A stretch of 64,000 nt of DNA from Octopus sinensis. Lineage: Eukaryota. The translations under genes and the position numbers were made by a program. Positions 1 to 12,334 of this stretch are shown here, one piece after another. The stretch lies in NCBI RefSeq assembly GCF_006345805.1, contig NC_042997.1:176142001-176206000 (forward strand), written 5' to 3'. Every line of letters starts with the position of its first letter. The stretch's first letter is position 1. The notes under the pieces were generated by a model that saw only the letters and a program-made list of their open reading frames with translations, was not told the DNA's origin and ran no database searches.

Positions 1-91
1 ATTTTCCACTTGTTCCATATTCAGTGCAAACCTTGTCCAATTCTAAGTGGTGCCATATTTATTCAAAGTAATATAAAAAAGAGGATTTTTC

Positions 92-287
92 ATTGCCAGC
101 CTCGTCTGGCACGTAAAAAGCACCCACTACACTCATGGAATGGTTGGCATTAGGAAGGGCATCCAGCTGTAGAAACACTGCCAGATCAGACTGGGCCTGG
201 TGCAGCCTCCTGGCTTCCCAGACCCCAGTTGAACTGTCCAACCCATGCTAGCATGGAAAGCGGACGTTAAACGATGGTGATGATGAT
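92..287 (+). mobile_element. RTE LINE 3' end (5'-truncated) with (GAT)n tail
   Basis: Same 3' UTR as the ORF2-bearing copies at 3690-4607 and 34920-36062; ends GGACGTTAAACGATGGTGATGATGA. Confidence 0.8.
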
Positions 288-799
288 TTAAAGCAATTCA
301 AAATCATATAAGCAGCAGGGTGTTTACATGAAATGTAAGTGGAGATTTGAATTTAATCAGTAATATGGAGTTTAGGGCTGGTTAATTTACTGTAGTAAAA
401 ATGAAAGGCAATAAACCTTTTTTGTTTACAGGAACTGGCAGAAATGAGTTACTGCATTGGGTATTCATGCAGCTAAGTATTGAGACTAACTGAATAGAGA
501 GTTTTGGTTTAAAGTAGAAATCCTATTGATGTAATAGAGGTTGAAATATGTGTGAGTATAAGATGCATAAGCTATAAATGGCTTGTGGCTGTAAGTTGTG
601 TAGCTTTTCATGTATCAGTATTCTTACAACTTGTCATAGTTAGTTTATTCCATACAATGAAATGCTAGTTGTGTGAGCTGTTTTACTCAAATCAAGCTGT
701 GATATCAAAGACTAAATAAATGTGTGAACGTTCTCTCTGGGCAACATGACTATCTGCAGGGCCAATAATACTTAGTCAACAGAGAAGTGATAAATGAGC

Positions 800-1335
800 T
801 GCACATCATCATCATCATTGTTTATGGTTCATTTTCCATGCTGGCATGAGTTGGATGATTTGACAGGAGCTGGAGAGCTGTCCAGGCTCCATTTATCTGA
901 TTTGGAGGCACTTGGCCTAGTGGTTAGAGCAGCAGACTCGTGGTCGAGGGATCGCGGGTTCGAATCTCAGACCGGACGATGTGTGTGTTTATGAGCGAAA
1001 CACCTAAGCTCCACGCGGCTCCAGCAGAAAGCAATGGCAAAACTTCTGCTGGCTCTTTCACCTCAACTTTCTCTCACTCTTTCCTCCTGCATCTAGCAGC
1101 TCACCTGCAATGGACCGGCGTCCCGTCCAGGTGGGGAACCTATACGTCAAGAAACCAGGAAACCGACCCTTATGAGCCAGGCATGGCTCAAGAAGGAACA
1201 AACTACAACATTTATCTGATTTGGCATGGTTTCTATGACTGGATGCCCTTCCTAATGCCAACTACTACTTTACAGGGTGTGCTGGGTGCTTCCCCCATTC
1301 CACTGGCACAGATGCTTTTACTTGGCACCTAAAAT
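800..1335 (-). mobile_element. RTE LINE 3' end interrupted by a SINE at 906-1208
   Basis: (CAT)n, CCATGCTGGCATG and CTGGATGCCCTTCCTAATGCCAAC blocks resume after the insert. Confidence 0.75.
906..1208 (+). mobile_element. tRNA(Arg-like)-derived SINE with V-domain-like body
   Basis: A box TGGCCTAGTGG (913-923), B box GGTTCGAATC (957-966), V-like CCTGCAATGGACCGGCGTCCCGTCCAGG. 16-bp TSD CATTTATCTGATTTGG at 890-905 and 1209-1224. Confidence 0.85.
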
Positions 1336-1673
1336 GGGTGCATTTTAATGGGAGAGAGAGTGGGGGCATGGCCATAAAGGACCTGCCTGTATGTATGGAT
1401 AGCTGTGATTTTACTTATCCTGACGTGTCTTCTCAAGTACAGCAAATTGCCAGCAGTCTCAATCCCTTGTCATCTGGTAAATTGAGTTGCAATAATTGGT
1501 TTGCATCTCTGTTGTTTGCTGTAATGCAAAGATTTTGTGTGGTCATTGTTATTCCGTTGAGATGTTCTGTGAGGAAATGGCTGATGATGTTTTGCATAAC
1601 TCGATGAAAGTACCTTTGTGAGCTGCTGGTAAAAGCTTGAATAAGAGACTTACACTACTTGCAATATGACAAC

Positions 1674-2232
1674 CATCATCATCATCATTTAACGTCTACT
1701 TTCCATGCTAGCATGGGTTGGACGATTTGACTGAGGTCTGGCAAACCACATGGCTGCACCAGACTCCAATCTGATTTGGCAGAGTTTCTACACCTGGATG
1801 CCCTTCCTAACGCCAACCACTCCAAGAGTGTAGTGGGTGTTTTTATGTGCCACCGGCACGAGGGCCAGTCAGGCGGTACTGGCAATGGCCACGCTCAAAT
1901 GGTGCTTTTTATGTGCCACCTGCACAGGAGCTAGTCTATCGGCACGGAGGCCAGCTTGTTGCTCTGGCAATGATCTCACTTATATGGTACTCTTAGCGCT
2001 ACACTTGCACGGATGCCAGTCATCAAATTTGATTTTGATTTCACTTACCTCAACAGGTCTTCGCAAGCAGAGTTTAGTGTCCAATGAAGGAAAGGCACGC
2101 ATAAGTGGATTGGTTACACCCCTGGCATAGGCCACAAGATTATGGTCTCACTTGCGCTTGCCAAATCTTCTCAAGCACAGCATATTTCCAGAGGTCTTGG
2201 TCACTACTCATTGCCTCGGTGAGGCCCAATGG
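1674..2232 (-). mobile_element. RTE LINE 3' end
   Basis: (CAT)n tail, GTGCCAC-modular 3' UTR and the start of the ORF2 C-terminal remnant. Confidence 0.8.
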
Positions 2233-3239
2233 AAAGTCTGTAGAGAATTGAAAGAGCAAATTGGTCCTTTCTCTTATAATAATATATATCTAAAATACTC
2301 ACTTGTTTGAGTTAATTAATTTCATGTATAACAACTTTTGTAGTGGTTGTAGTCAGGAATGTTCAATCCAGAATGTGGGTGATTCAAATCCATGGTGTGA
2401 GATTGCCATCAGCCAACAATTTTCTTTCAAGAGAAGATAGCAAGTCTTAATGGCATATATTTTTTATAGAAATGTCAGCAGCCAATTTCACCATTGTCAC
2501 ATTAACAAATTAGGTGATGTAATTGTGCTGGTGCTTGTATTAACAAACAAGCATGTCATTGATTGATTCACAATTAAATAAGCTGCAAATCAAATTTGTG
2601 GATTCAAGATCATTCTGTTGACATACCATCATTATAGTTTACCTTTTATCATAAGTGAGTCACTATACTTTAAAAATGTATTTCTTTCAGCTGTCTTATA
2701 ATTACAAATGAGTGAAACATTGTTACAATGCCTTTTTAACTTTCTAAATATATACCATGAAAGAGCTACTATGCAGTCACTTGATTAGCTGGAAATAGCA
2801 GCAAAATTTACCTTGACTCATATCCTATTGTCTTAGAAAAGAAAACATTGGATAATGTGGTTTCAAGTACACTGTGCCTAAAGAAAAGGCAGATGGTCAT
2901 GTCCAAAACACTGTTTGATCATGGATCTGCTCAGTCAGGACTGACCTGGGGCTAAACCATATCCTAAATATAGAAATAATATACAACATAATAAAAGAAA
3001 AATAAAGATTTATATTTAAGAAATAAACAACACTGGAAAAAATGGAAAATATATTTCACTGGCAGAAATGAAAAAAAAAAAATATATTAATAAAAATAGC
3101 TAGTTTGTTGTTATTTTATTATTCTAATTTTCTCCTGAACTGGTTAAGTGAATAATTCATAAACTATCATATATATTGTGAGTTCAAATCTACAGATTTT
3201 GCTTTATGTATTGGATACTTAGCTATAGCTGCTTCAGTT

Positions 3240-3400
3240 CATTTAGTTCTCAGGAATAGGTTTCAGGTCTCCTGAGAACATGCTTAGACATCATATGCAC
3301 CAAGAGAAATCGCTCTAGTGCGTCATTTAAGAATTTCAACAGATATTTCATCAATAGAATTGCCCAAAGTTATCTCCTAAGTAATTTTTGCAAATCCTCT
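3240..3400 (-). mobile_element. Degraded LINE ORF2 fragment
   Basis: Minus-strand SIDEISVEILK resembles the G.D.IP.E.LK motif upstream of LINE RT; interrupted by stops. Confidence 0.35.
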
Positions 3401-3689
3401 AGTGTACCTGAAAGGATAGTAAAGCTAATATTTATTCTGGGTCTCAAAAGTTTGTTTTTTTTTCTTCTAGCTAGGGATAACTTAAATTGTATAGATTTCT
3501 TGTAAGACTTATAAACTTGGCATTTGAATATAAACCTTTAAACTAACTTATCACTTATTAATGTATGGATGTATGCACTGTCATTTAATTGATTTCGTAA
3601 ATTATGTCTTATGATTTATTGATGTATTATCTCTGTGTATCTTCTGATAGTATTGTATTAAATATAATTGTTCAGAGTGATTCTGTATA

Positions 3690-4607
3690 TCATCATCATC
3701 ATCGTTTAGCGTCCGTTTTCCATGCTAGCATGGGTTGGACGGTTCTACTGGGGTCTGTGAAGCCAGAAGGCTTCATCAGGCCCAGTCAAATCTGGCAGTG
3801 TTTCTACGGCTGGATGCCCTTCCTAACGCCAACCACTCCGTGAGTGTAGTGGGTGCTTTTCACGTGCCACCTGCACAGGTGCCAGACAGAGCTGGCAAAC
3901 GGCCACGAACGGATGGTGCTTTTTATGTGCCACCGGCACAAGGGCCAGGCGAGGCTGGCAATGGACACGAAACGGGGCGGTGCTGGCAACGGTCGCGAAA
4001 CGGAAGGTTCTCTGACATGCCACCGGCACTGGTAACACATCTGCAATTTCCATTGATCGATTTCCATTCTGATCCTCACTTGCCTCAACAGTTCTTCACA
4101 AGTAGAGTTTCGACATGCCACCGGCACTGGTAACACATCTGCAATTTCCATTGATCGATTTCCATTTCTGATCCTCACTTGCCTCAACAGGTCTTCACAA
4201 GTAGAGTATCGACATGCCACCGGCACTGGTAACACATCTGCAATTTCCATTGATCGATTTCGGTTCTGATCCTCACTTGCCTCAACAGGTCTTCACAAGT
4301 AGAGTTTTGTGTCCCAAGAAGGGAAGGTATGCATACGTAGGCTGGCTCCATCCCAAGTAGAAGGCCACGGGTTATGGACTCACTTGTCCTGCCGGGTCTT
4401 CTCGCGCACAGCACACTTCCAGAGGACTCGGTCTCTAGTCATTTCCTCAGTGAGACCTAAAGTTCGAAGGTCGTGCTTCACCACCTCGTCCCAGGTTTTC
4501 CTGGGTCTGCCTCTTCCACAGGTTCCCTCAACCGCTAGGGTGTGGCACTTTTTCACACAACTGTCTTCATCCATTCTCGCCACATGACCATACCAGCGCA
4601 ATCGTCT
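3690..4607 (-). mobile_element. RTE LINE 3' end with ORF2 C-terminus
   Basis: Minus ORF contains RRLRWYGHVARM...GRGRPRKTWDEVVKHDL (typical RTE ORF2 end), followed by the 3' UTR and (GAT)n tail. Confidence 0.9.
4014..4308. repeat. Three tandem ~99-bp units inside the RTE 3' UTR
   Basis: Units begin GACATGCCACCGGCACTGGTAACAC at 4014, 4112 and 4211. Confidence 0.95.
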
Positions 4608-5460
4608 GCAAAAGATAATGTCAGATTCTTTTTTTATTTTTTTCTTCACTCAATGATTGTGCAATTTCTGTTTTGCTGTTTGGATATGCACATTAGTAAC
4701 TAAAACACTTTTATTGTGTTTCAACACACACCAACCAATCCAAAACCAACATGGGAAATAAAATGTTGATAATAAGGATAATCTTTTCAATGTAGAAAAT
4801 TATGGACCTGTTGTCATGGAAGCATAGTTCCTCACTACTGTAACAAAAATGTTGCTTATAAAGGCCTATTGAACTGGCCACTGAAAATAGCACAAAATTT
4901 GTTATTATAAATCAATATTTACTATTCTTGAATATTCTAGACCATCAATAACCTTTTATACATTAATGGATTAACTTTGACATTGGGATTTTGAATCTGT
5001 AGCACAGTATCCACCCACTGACTATAACAATCCAGTGCTAAATGCTGGGTTGCCACTGATGCAGAAATTCACCATTTATAAAAGTGCATATGTATGTGTA
5101 AACTGATCAATGAATAGTGAACAACTAACTGTGATGAAGAATATATATTTTGGAAATAGAATTAACATCCCAAAGATACCTACAAAAAGTACTTACTAGT
5201 GTTTTCTAAAATCAATGTGAACAAGGTGGAAGATGAATATGAGCAACTTCAGAGAACTATTCAGGCTCTTTAAAAATGGATTTAGAAGCAGAGATAGAGA
5301 GACAGTTTTAGATTCATAAAAATAACAATCAAGACCTATCCTTCATATCCCTATTATTAGAGCTGTTTTAATGAGAACATAGTTGTTGTCCCAGGTTAGC
5401 TCTGATTAAGCAGATCTATGACATTCCAGCCATGACCATCCCATCTTTTTATATACCTAT

Positions 5461-5630
5461 CTTTTTCTTGTTTCAGTCATTAGATTGCAGCCATGTTTTT
5501 TAGTTAAACAACTTGACCCCAATTCTTTTTTTTTAAGCCTGGTACTTATTTTATCAGTTCCCTTTTGCCGAACAGCTAAGTTATGGGGATGTAAGCAAAC
5601 CAACACTGGTTGTCAGGGTGGTGATGATGG

Positions 5631-5720
<90 letters not shown>

Positions 5721-5879
5721 ATGAGCTTCTTTCAGCTTCCATCTACCAAATCCATTCACAAGGCTTTGGTCAGCCCAAAGCTATTGTAGAAGACACTTGC
5801 TCAAGGTGCCATGCTTTGGGACTAAACCTGGAACCATGTGGTTGGTAAGCAAACCTCTTACCTGCACAACCATGCCTGT
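5461..5879 (-). mobile_element. Abundant tRNA-derived SINE (family A) with internal (CA)n at 5636-5717
   Basis: Reverse complement of the 10167-10570 and 14717-15139 copies. Confidence 0.85.
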
Positions 5880-6361
5880 CCCTAAATACCTATGATGACA
5901 TCTTTTTTTCTTTTTCTTTTTGCTTTTTGTTCTTATTAGTCCACTGCCAAGTGGTTGGTGTTAGGAAGGGTATCCCACTGTAAAAATCAGTCTGGTGCAG
6001 GCTTCTGCCTGACTGTCTCACCCATGGCACATGGAGGGCAGACATTAAATGATGATGATGATGATGACGATGATTTAAGACAGTTGGGTGTGATTAGATT
6101 TGGCTGCTATTTCTAGCAGGTCAAGCAACTATGTAGAAGTTTCCTAATTAGATTCATGGATTCTTGGCTTTATTAGACAGCAGTTTTAGAACTGTCAAAT
6201 GATTACATAGAATGATGGATGGGATCAGTTAAGCTTACCAACCACATGGTTCCGGGTTCAGTCCCACTGCTTGACACTTTGGGCAAGTGTCTTCTACTAT
6301 AGCCTCAGGCTGACCAAAGCCTTGTGAGTGGATTTTGTTGACAGAAGCTGAAAGAAACCCA

Positions 6362-7072
6362 TCGTCATTATCATCATCATCATTTAACAACCACTTTCCA
6401 TGCTAGCATGGGTTGGACTATTTGACTGAGGACTGGCGAATCAGATGGCTACACCAGGCTCCAATCTGATCTGGTAGAGTTTCTACAGCTGGATGCCCTT
6501 CCTAACGCCAACCACTCTGAGAGTGTAGTGGGTACTTTCACGTGCCACCGGCATGAGGGCCAGTCTGGCAGTACTGGCAACAGCCACACTCAAATGGTGT
6601 TTTTTACATGCCACCGGCACAGGCAACTACCTCGCTCGAATGTTTTTTCACGTGCCACCGACGCAAGTGCCAGTAAGGCGATGCTGGTAATGATCACACT
6701 CAAATGGTGCTTTTTATGTGCCACTGGCATGGACGCCAGTTAGCTGTTCTGGCAACGATCACGCTCAGATGGTGCTCTTTTTATTTTACTTGCCTCAACA
6801 GGTCTTCGCAAGCAGAGTTTAGTGTCCAATGAAGGAAAGGTACACATAAGTGGGCTGGTTACACCCCTGGCATAGGCCATTGGTTATAGTCTTACTTGGC
6901 TTGCTGGGTCTTCTCAAGCACAGCATATTTCCAAAGGTCTTGGTCACTAGTCATTGCCTTGGTGAGGCTTAATGTTCGAAGGTCGTGCTTCACCACCTCG
7001 TCCCAGGTCTCCTGGGTCTACCTCTTCCACAGGTTCCCTCAACTGCTAGAGTGTGGCACTTTTTCACACAGC
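6362..7072 (-). mobile_element. RTE LINE 3' end; a partial + strand family A SINE lies just before it at ~6226-6361
   Basis: (CAT)n tail, modular UTR and the ORF2 C-terminal remnant (CTTCACCACCTCGTCCCAGG). Confidence 0.8.
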
Positions 7073-7929
7073 TAATATATATATATAATATACATATGTA
7101 TGCCTCTGTGTGTGTTTTTGTGTTTGTCCCCCACCATTGCTTGACAGTTTTGATGATGTCCCTGTGTAACTTGGTGGTTTGACAAAAAAGAGACCAATAG
7201 GATAAGTTGATTTGTTTGACTAAGCCCTTTCAAGGTAGTGCCCCAGTATGTCTGCAGTCCCATGACTGAAACAAGTAAAAGATACAAGATATAAATGCCC
7301 ATTCTGCAATAACCAGCACAAATTTTCCTTTGTTGCATGCAACAATGTTGTTTAAACATTAAGAAACCTGAAAGATCGCTCTAGTTTTCAAGTTTGTTGT
7401 TTTCTTTCCATTGGAGAGTGGTATTCAAATCACCAAGAATTTTAATCGTAGCCTCACTGAATCAGTTAACAGCTACATATATGCCATGTAACTAGGTCTA
7501 AAACTGCTGAAGAGAAGGATGGTATGTGTGTGTGTTGATATTATATATAGATGTTTTGTGTGTGTGTGTGTATTTATATACATCTGTCTATACTTATGTT
7601 GATGTATAAATACATGTGTGTGTGTGTGTGTGGAGGTATATGTGTATGTATATGTCCATATGTTATATGTATGCATATGTATGTTGATTGTATGTGTGTG
7701 TGTGTGTGCATGCATGCTTATGTGTACATATAACATGTTGCACTGCATTGCTAACACCTACTTAAATCTAATGAAGTTTTCCACCCCTCCACCACCACAA
7801 CTTAATACATACCTATTATATAGCATATTATATATTATGTATATAACACGCTCTGTTAACTATTTATAGTTATTCATTGGTGACTGGAGAATAATAGAAG
7901 ATCAATTAATAGTAGAAAATATCTTGCCA

Positions 7930-9680
7930 CGTGTAAGGACTTCCCAATCATCATTGAGCAATTGAGCAGACTTTCTTCCTTTCAAGTGCAGAAAGTAAAC
8001 ACCAATCTATTGAATCATCAGTAGAACACGTCCCCTACTCCTATTTAGGACTGTCACCATCAGCACTGGCATGGGGGAAAGATGGGTTAAGAGAGATTGT
8101 GGCAGTTGTGTGCTGTATGCAAGATGGAGGATGGGAACCTCAGTCAAAATCCTCATAGGCGAGGAGCCCAAATACAAATTCTTCTGGGTGGATAACAACA
8201 ACGAAGTTGTTGGAATAAGCATATTGTTTGTAGAGATATAAAGTAATTGATGTAGCCAGAGAATAATTAAGAATAGAATAATTAAGCTTAGAGAGTTATG
8301 AACAACATAACAGCAACATTTATCTCTACATAACACAACTAAAGCAAGCATTTGAAAAGAAGGATTGCTTTTATGAAGCCGTCCTATAGACTACCTTGAT
8401 AATGAATGGTAGCAACCTCAATATCCTGGCTGATAATTTTAATGGACATGTTGGGCAACACATGATGGCTTCTCTGTGGTGCTATATGGGTACTATAAAT
8501 ATTATATGAAGAATGCAGTAGAATCAAGGCTCCCGGAAGTTGGTGATGTAAGTAACCTAAACATTTGCATTGCTAACAAGCCAACCTACCAATCAGATGA
8601 ACACACAGACTCACCAAGAAATGAGATTTATAGATAGTTGTGAATGCTAAGTTTTTAAGTGAAGAATGTAACACAAAACATAGGCCTGCAGTTAGTGACT
8701 TTAGGGTAAGAGCTACATGAACCCAGAGATACAAGGTAACCTGGAGAAGAAAGATATGGAAGCTGAAAGAACTTTCAAAAAGTAAACCATCCAACCCATG
8801 TTAGCATGGAAAACAGACATTAAACGATGATGATGATGTAGATTTGTTGATTATCTTTGAACATGTAGATTTTTCCAGACATGGAAGCAAAACCTAGAAT
8901 CAGGATGCCTTAAAGTAAAGTTAGAAAAGACTAAAGATTTTTGAAATAGGAAAGAAGATAGGGTTCTGTTTAAGAAATGGCTGTACTCAATATGCATGAA
9001 AAGAGTAGGTAAAAATTCTATATTGTTTACTAAGTGCAAACTGTGGATGCACAAATGTACATGGGGTTGTGGTATCACAGACAAGTTGACAGATAAGGTA
9101 GATTTCATATGTAGTTTGCAGTAAGAGCACATGTTACCTCAATTCCACCAAGTGTTTCAAAGGTATCCAAGAAACATAGTAGTCAGAGTAAGAACAAAAT
9201 AGAAAAAGTTCAAGGAGCTCTCACGTCTGCTGGTAACAAAGGTTTTCTCCCAGAGTAAAATGTAGACTGTATGATGCTTGTGTTCCAAAGTGTGGTCCTG
9301 CATAATGGCATGGTGTAGGCATTGAGTACAGTTAATATACAAAAGCTAGAAAGAAATAGTGACCATGCTATCATTAACATGCATGAATAACAGTATGAAT
9401 GAACTATGAAAAGCTGGTTGTAAGGGGAGTTGGATGTATGCAAGCAAGAATACTGAGTTAGTACAGGCTTGTGTTGAGTATGGAAGGGTGTCATCTGAAT
9501 AAAGAAGTGCTAAGCACTCAAAATAGATGGAACCTGTGAAAGAGGGTAACCTAGGAAGACATGAGAAAAAATGAAGATTGATCTTAAAAAGCTGTGCCTT
9601 ACGAAGATGACAACATAAAGCTATAAGGAATGGTAACACAATGCGAGAGACCAAAGGCATAGCCAGGTTCTATAGTTAGT
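7930..9680 (+). mobile_element. Old, internally deleted RTE LINE (APE endonuclease and ORF2 C-terminal remnants)
   Basis: Broken frames give VVCCMQ, GTSVKILIGEEPKYKFFWVD, NFNGHVG (8440), LYDACV, KLERN and a G.PRKT-like motif near 9545. Confidence 0.75.
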
Positions 9681-10166
9681 GGGAAGTAAGCTTATAAAAA
9701 TAACAGGTGCCATGACATAGACCAAACAATTTTTAATTCATTTCTTTTATATTACATAAAATATTTCATTAGTTATGATATAGATAACTAAAGAGTTAAA
9801 GATAATTATTGAAAAGGTGCCAATTTTGAAAAATGTGCTTGGGGGTTACTTTCCTTTTAGCTATGCCACTGCGAGAGACTTGCCCACTCATGCAAACAGC
9901 AAAATGGACATTAAAACAGTGGCAATCATTATGGTTGGTATATATAATATATCTACATTTTGTCTCTTACCTATTATATTCCTGTAGAACCATTGCCAGA
10001 TCAGATGGGAGCCTGGTGCAGCCCACTGGCTTGCCAGACCTCAGTCAAACCATCCAACTCATGGCAGCATGGCAGGCAGACTTAAATAATGATGATGATT
10101 TGATTTATCTTGATAATTTTTAGCATATATATATATATATATATATATCTATATATATATATATAT

Positions 10167-10324
10167 GAGTGGCTGCGTGATAAGTAGCTTGCTTACCAAC
10201 CACATGGTTCTGAGTTCATTCCCACTGCGTGGAACCTTGGGCAAGTGTCTTCTACTATAGCCTCGGACCGACCAAAGCCTTGTGAGTGGATTTGGTAGAC
10301 GGAAACTAAAAGAAGCCCGTCGTA

Positions 10325-10357
<33 letters not shown>

Positions 10358-10570
10358 ATATGTGTGTGTGTGTGTCTGTGTTTGTCCCCCCCCCCAACAT
10401 CACTCGCCAACCAATGCTGGTGAGTTTATGTCCCCGTAGCCTAGCAGTTTGGCAAAAGAGACTGATAGAATAAGACTAGACTTCCAAAGAATAAATCCTG
10501 CAGTTGATTTGCTCGACTAAAGGTGGTGCTCTAGCATGGCCACAGTCAAATGATTGAAACAAGTAAAAGA
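10167..10570 (+). mobile_element. Family A tRNA-derived SINE, near full length
   Basis: GAGTGGCTGCGTGATAAG head, GAGTTCATTCCC B-box-like motif, internal TA/TG microsatellite, GAAACAAGTAAAAGA tail. Confidence 0.9.
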
Positions 10571-11486
10571 GTATATATATTCATCATAGTTTTTATGTAT
10601 TTATTAACCCATTTTTAATCATATATATATTTTAAGACAATTTAAGCAGATTACTGAAATGTACCCTGAATTGTAATTTGTTCACATTATTATTGATAGG
10701 TCTGCTGTGAAATAGTTTCTACTTATGTCCTGATATTACACTAGAGTCCTATTTAGTATAACAGTCTTCTGAACACAATGAAACTGACTCTTATTTATTG
10801 ATTTCTCTTTCTCTTTTTATATTTTTCCCTCTTTATTCTATTTTTTTTTTCTTTTCACTCTGAATATTGCTTTTGCATTGAGGTTGTTTAAATGTGATTG
10901 ATTGGAAAATGCTACATTGTGTCAATGCATTCCTCCTGAGAACTGTCATCAATAGAAACTAGTCAATTAGTTTCATGTTAGACTTTCATTTCAACTGCAG
11001 CTGATGATGTTTATTCCAAGTTACCGACATGGCTGGCGTTGTCAATGTTCTTGTTTTCTGCTGTGCTGAATTAATAACACTCAGAATCGTTAAATTAAAT
11101 GAGATGAATAAAAATTTCCAGAAAAATTTACGAAAAGAAAAAAGAATTAAATAAGTTTTATGTAAAAAGTAAATAAACATGTTTCAGGTTAAAGATATGC
11201 AAAATAATGCACTATATCAGATAATAGCGTAGCTCCTAGCCCTTTCTTTAAATAACTGCTTTTTTGTGCTCCAATAAAGAATAAAGTTCCTTTCCAAGTC
11301 ATGTAAATTCATAGAGCCAGCTTCTTAGAGTCTGTGGTTTATATCCTCCACACTGGACTGGATGGTGGTTTGTCACAAGAATAGTCATTTTCATAAGCTA
11401 AGTGGACTGGAGCAACATGAAATGTTTTAATGAAGATCACATCACCTTGCCCAGTCAAGGTGATGTGATCTTCATATATACATATA

Positions 11487-11646
11487 TACGACGGGCTTCT
11501 TTCAGTTTCTGTCTACCAAATCCACTCACAAGGCTTTGGTCAGCCCGAGGCTATAGTAGAAGACACTTGCCCAAGGTGCCACGCAGTGGGACTGAACCCG
11601 GAACCATGTGGTTCGTAAGCAGGCTATTTACCACACAGCCACTCCT
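11487..11646 (-). mobile_element. Family A SINE 5' half
   Basis: Reverse complement of 10167-10322. Confidence 0.85.
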
Positions 11647-11835
11647 AAGCCTAAATTACTCCTAAATTTTTTTTTTATCATTTTGTGCACATTTCTTTTA
11701 TTGGTTTCAGTCATTGCACCGTGGTCATGCTGGTGCATCTTTAATTATATTGGATGCAATATTAAGTCTGGTACTCATTTTGTCAATCTATTTATTGAGT
11801 GACTTCAGTTTATCTTACATTAGATTTTTTAGGGA

Positions 11836-12334
11836 ATAAATACCACAAGAACAGATGTGGATACAATCATGCATACATATGCATAGACTCACACACACTT
11901 GATAGCCTTCTACCAAATATCCACCAACTTTATTGACAAGGTATTGGTAAAGTCAAATGCTATAGTAGAAGATACTTATCCAAGATGCTGCTTGGTGTGC
12001 TTGAACCCAAAACCATATGGTTGCAAAGTGAACATTATAAATATTATTGGTTGGGTTTTGCAGTATTCCTAAATTGTATTTGCAGCACAGCATTGTGACA
12101 TGTTGCTCATTTACTAGACAGAAATAAATAACATTAAAAAACTGCTGGCTGTCACATGTATGGAAAAAAAATATTTAAGAACCTGTACACATCACAAAAT
12201 ATATGTGTAGAATGGCTTTCTCGTAATATATACATACATATTTTTTAAATATGTACAGAGAGCATCATACATTAGTTTCATAAACATGGATGTCCTGTGA
12301 TTGAAACACAGAGCTTTTGGTAGCTTTGTATGTG
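11836..12334. repeat. Donor copy of a local ~500-bp duplication (second copy 14305-15238)
   Basis: Co-linear high identity from ATAAATACCACAAGAACAGATGTG to GCTTTGTATGTG. Confidence 0.95.

Noticed and set aside
432-480. Strong acceptor CCTTTTTTGTTTACAG| followed by a short segment
   Set aside because: No convincing donor or recognisable peptide; could be UTR or chance.
907-975. tRNA-Arg gene (likewise the tRNA-like heads at 14717, 31253 and 43118)
   Set aside because: The acceptor stem is not closed and each runs into a SINE body bounded by a TSD.
4014-4308. CRISPR-like array
   Set aside because: Units are contiguous with no unique spacers, in a eukaryotic LINE context.
4990-5310. Protein-like short frames (QYPPTDYNNPVLNAGLP..; KINVNKVEDEYEQLQRTIQAL*)
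   Set aside because: No WW first half, weak or absent splice pairs, early stop, no recognised family.
11001-11075. CTGATGA motif and a tail-anchor-like peptide ADDVYSKLPTWLALSMFLFSAVLN*
   Set aside because: No GAAA or stem II for a hammerhead, and the peptide frame does not link to the supported exons.
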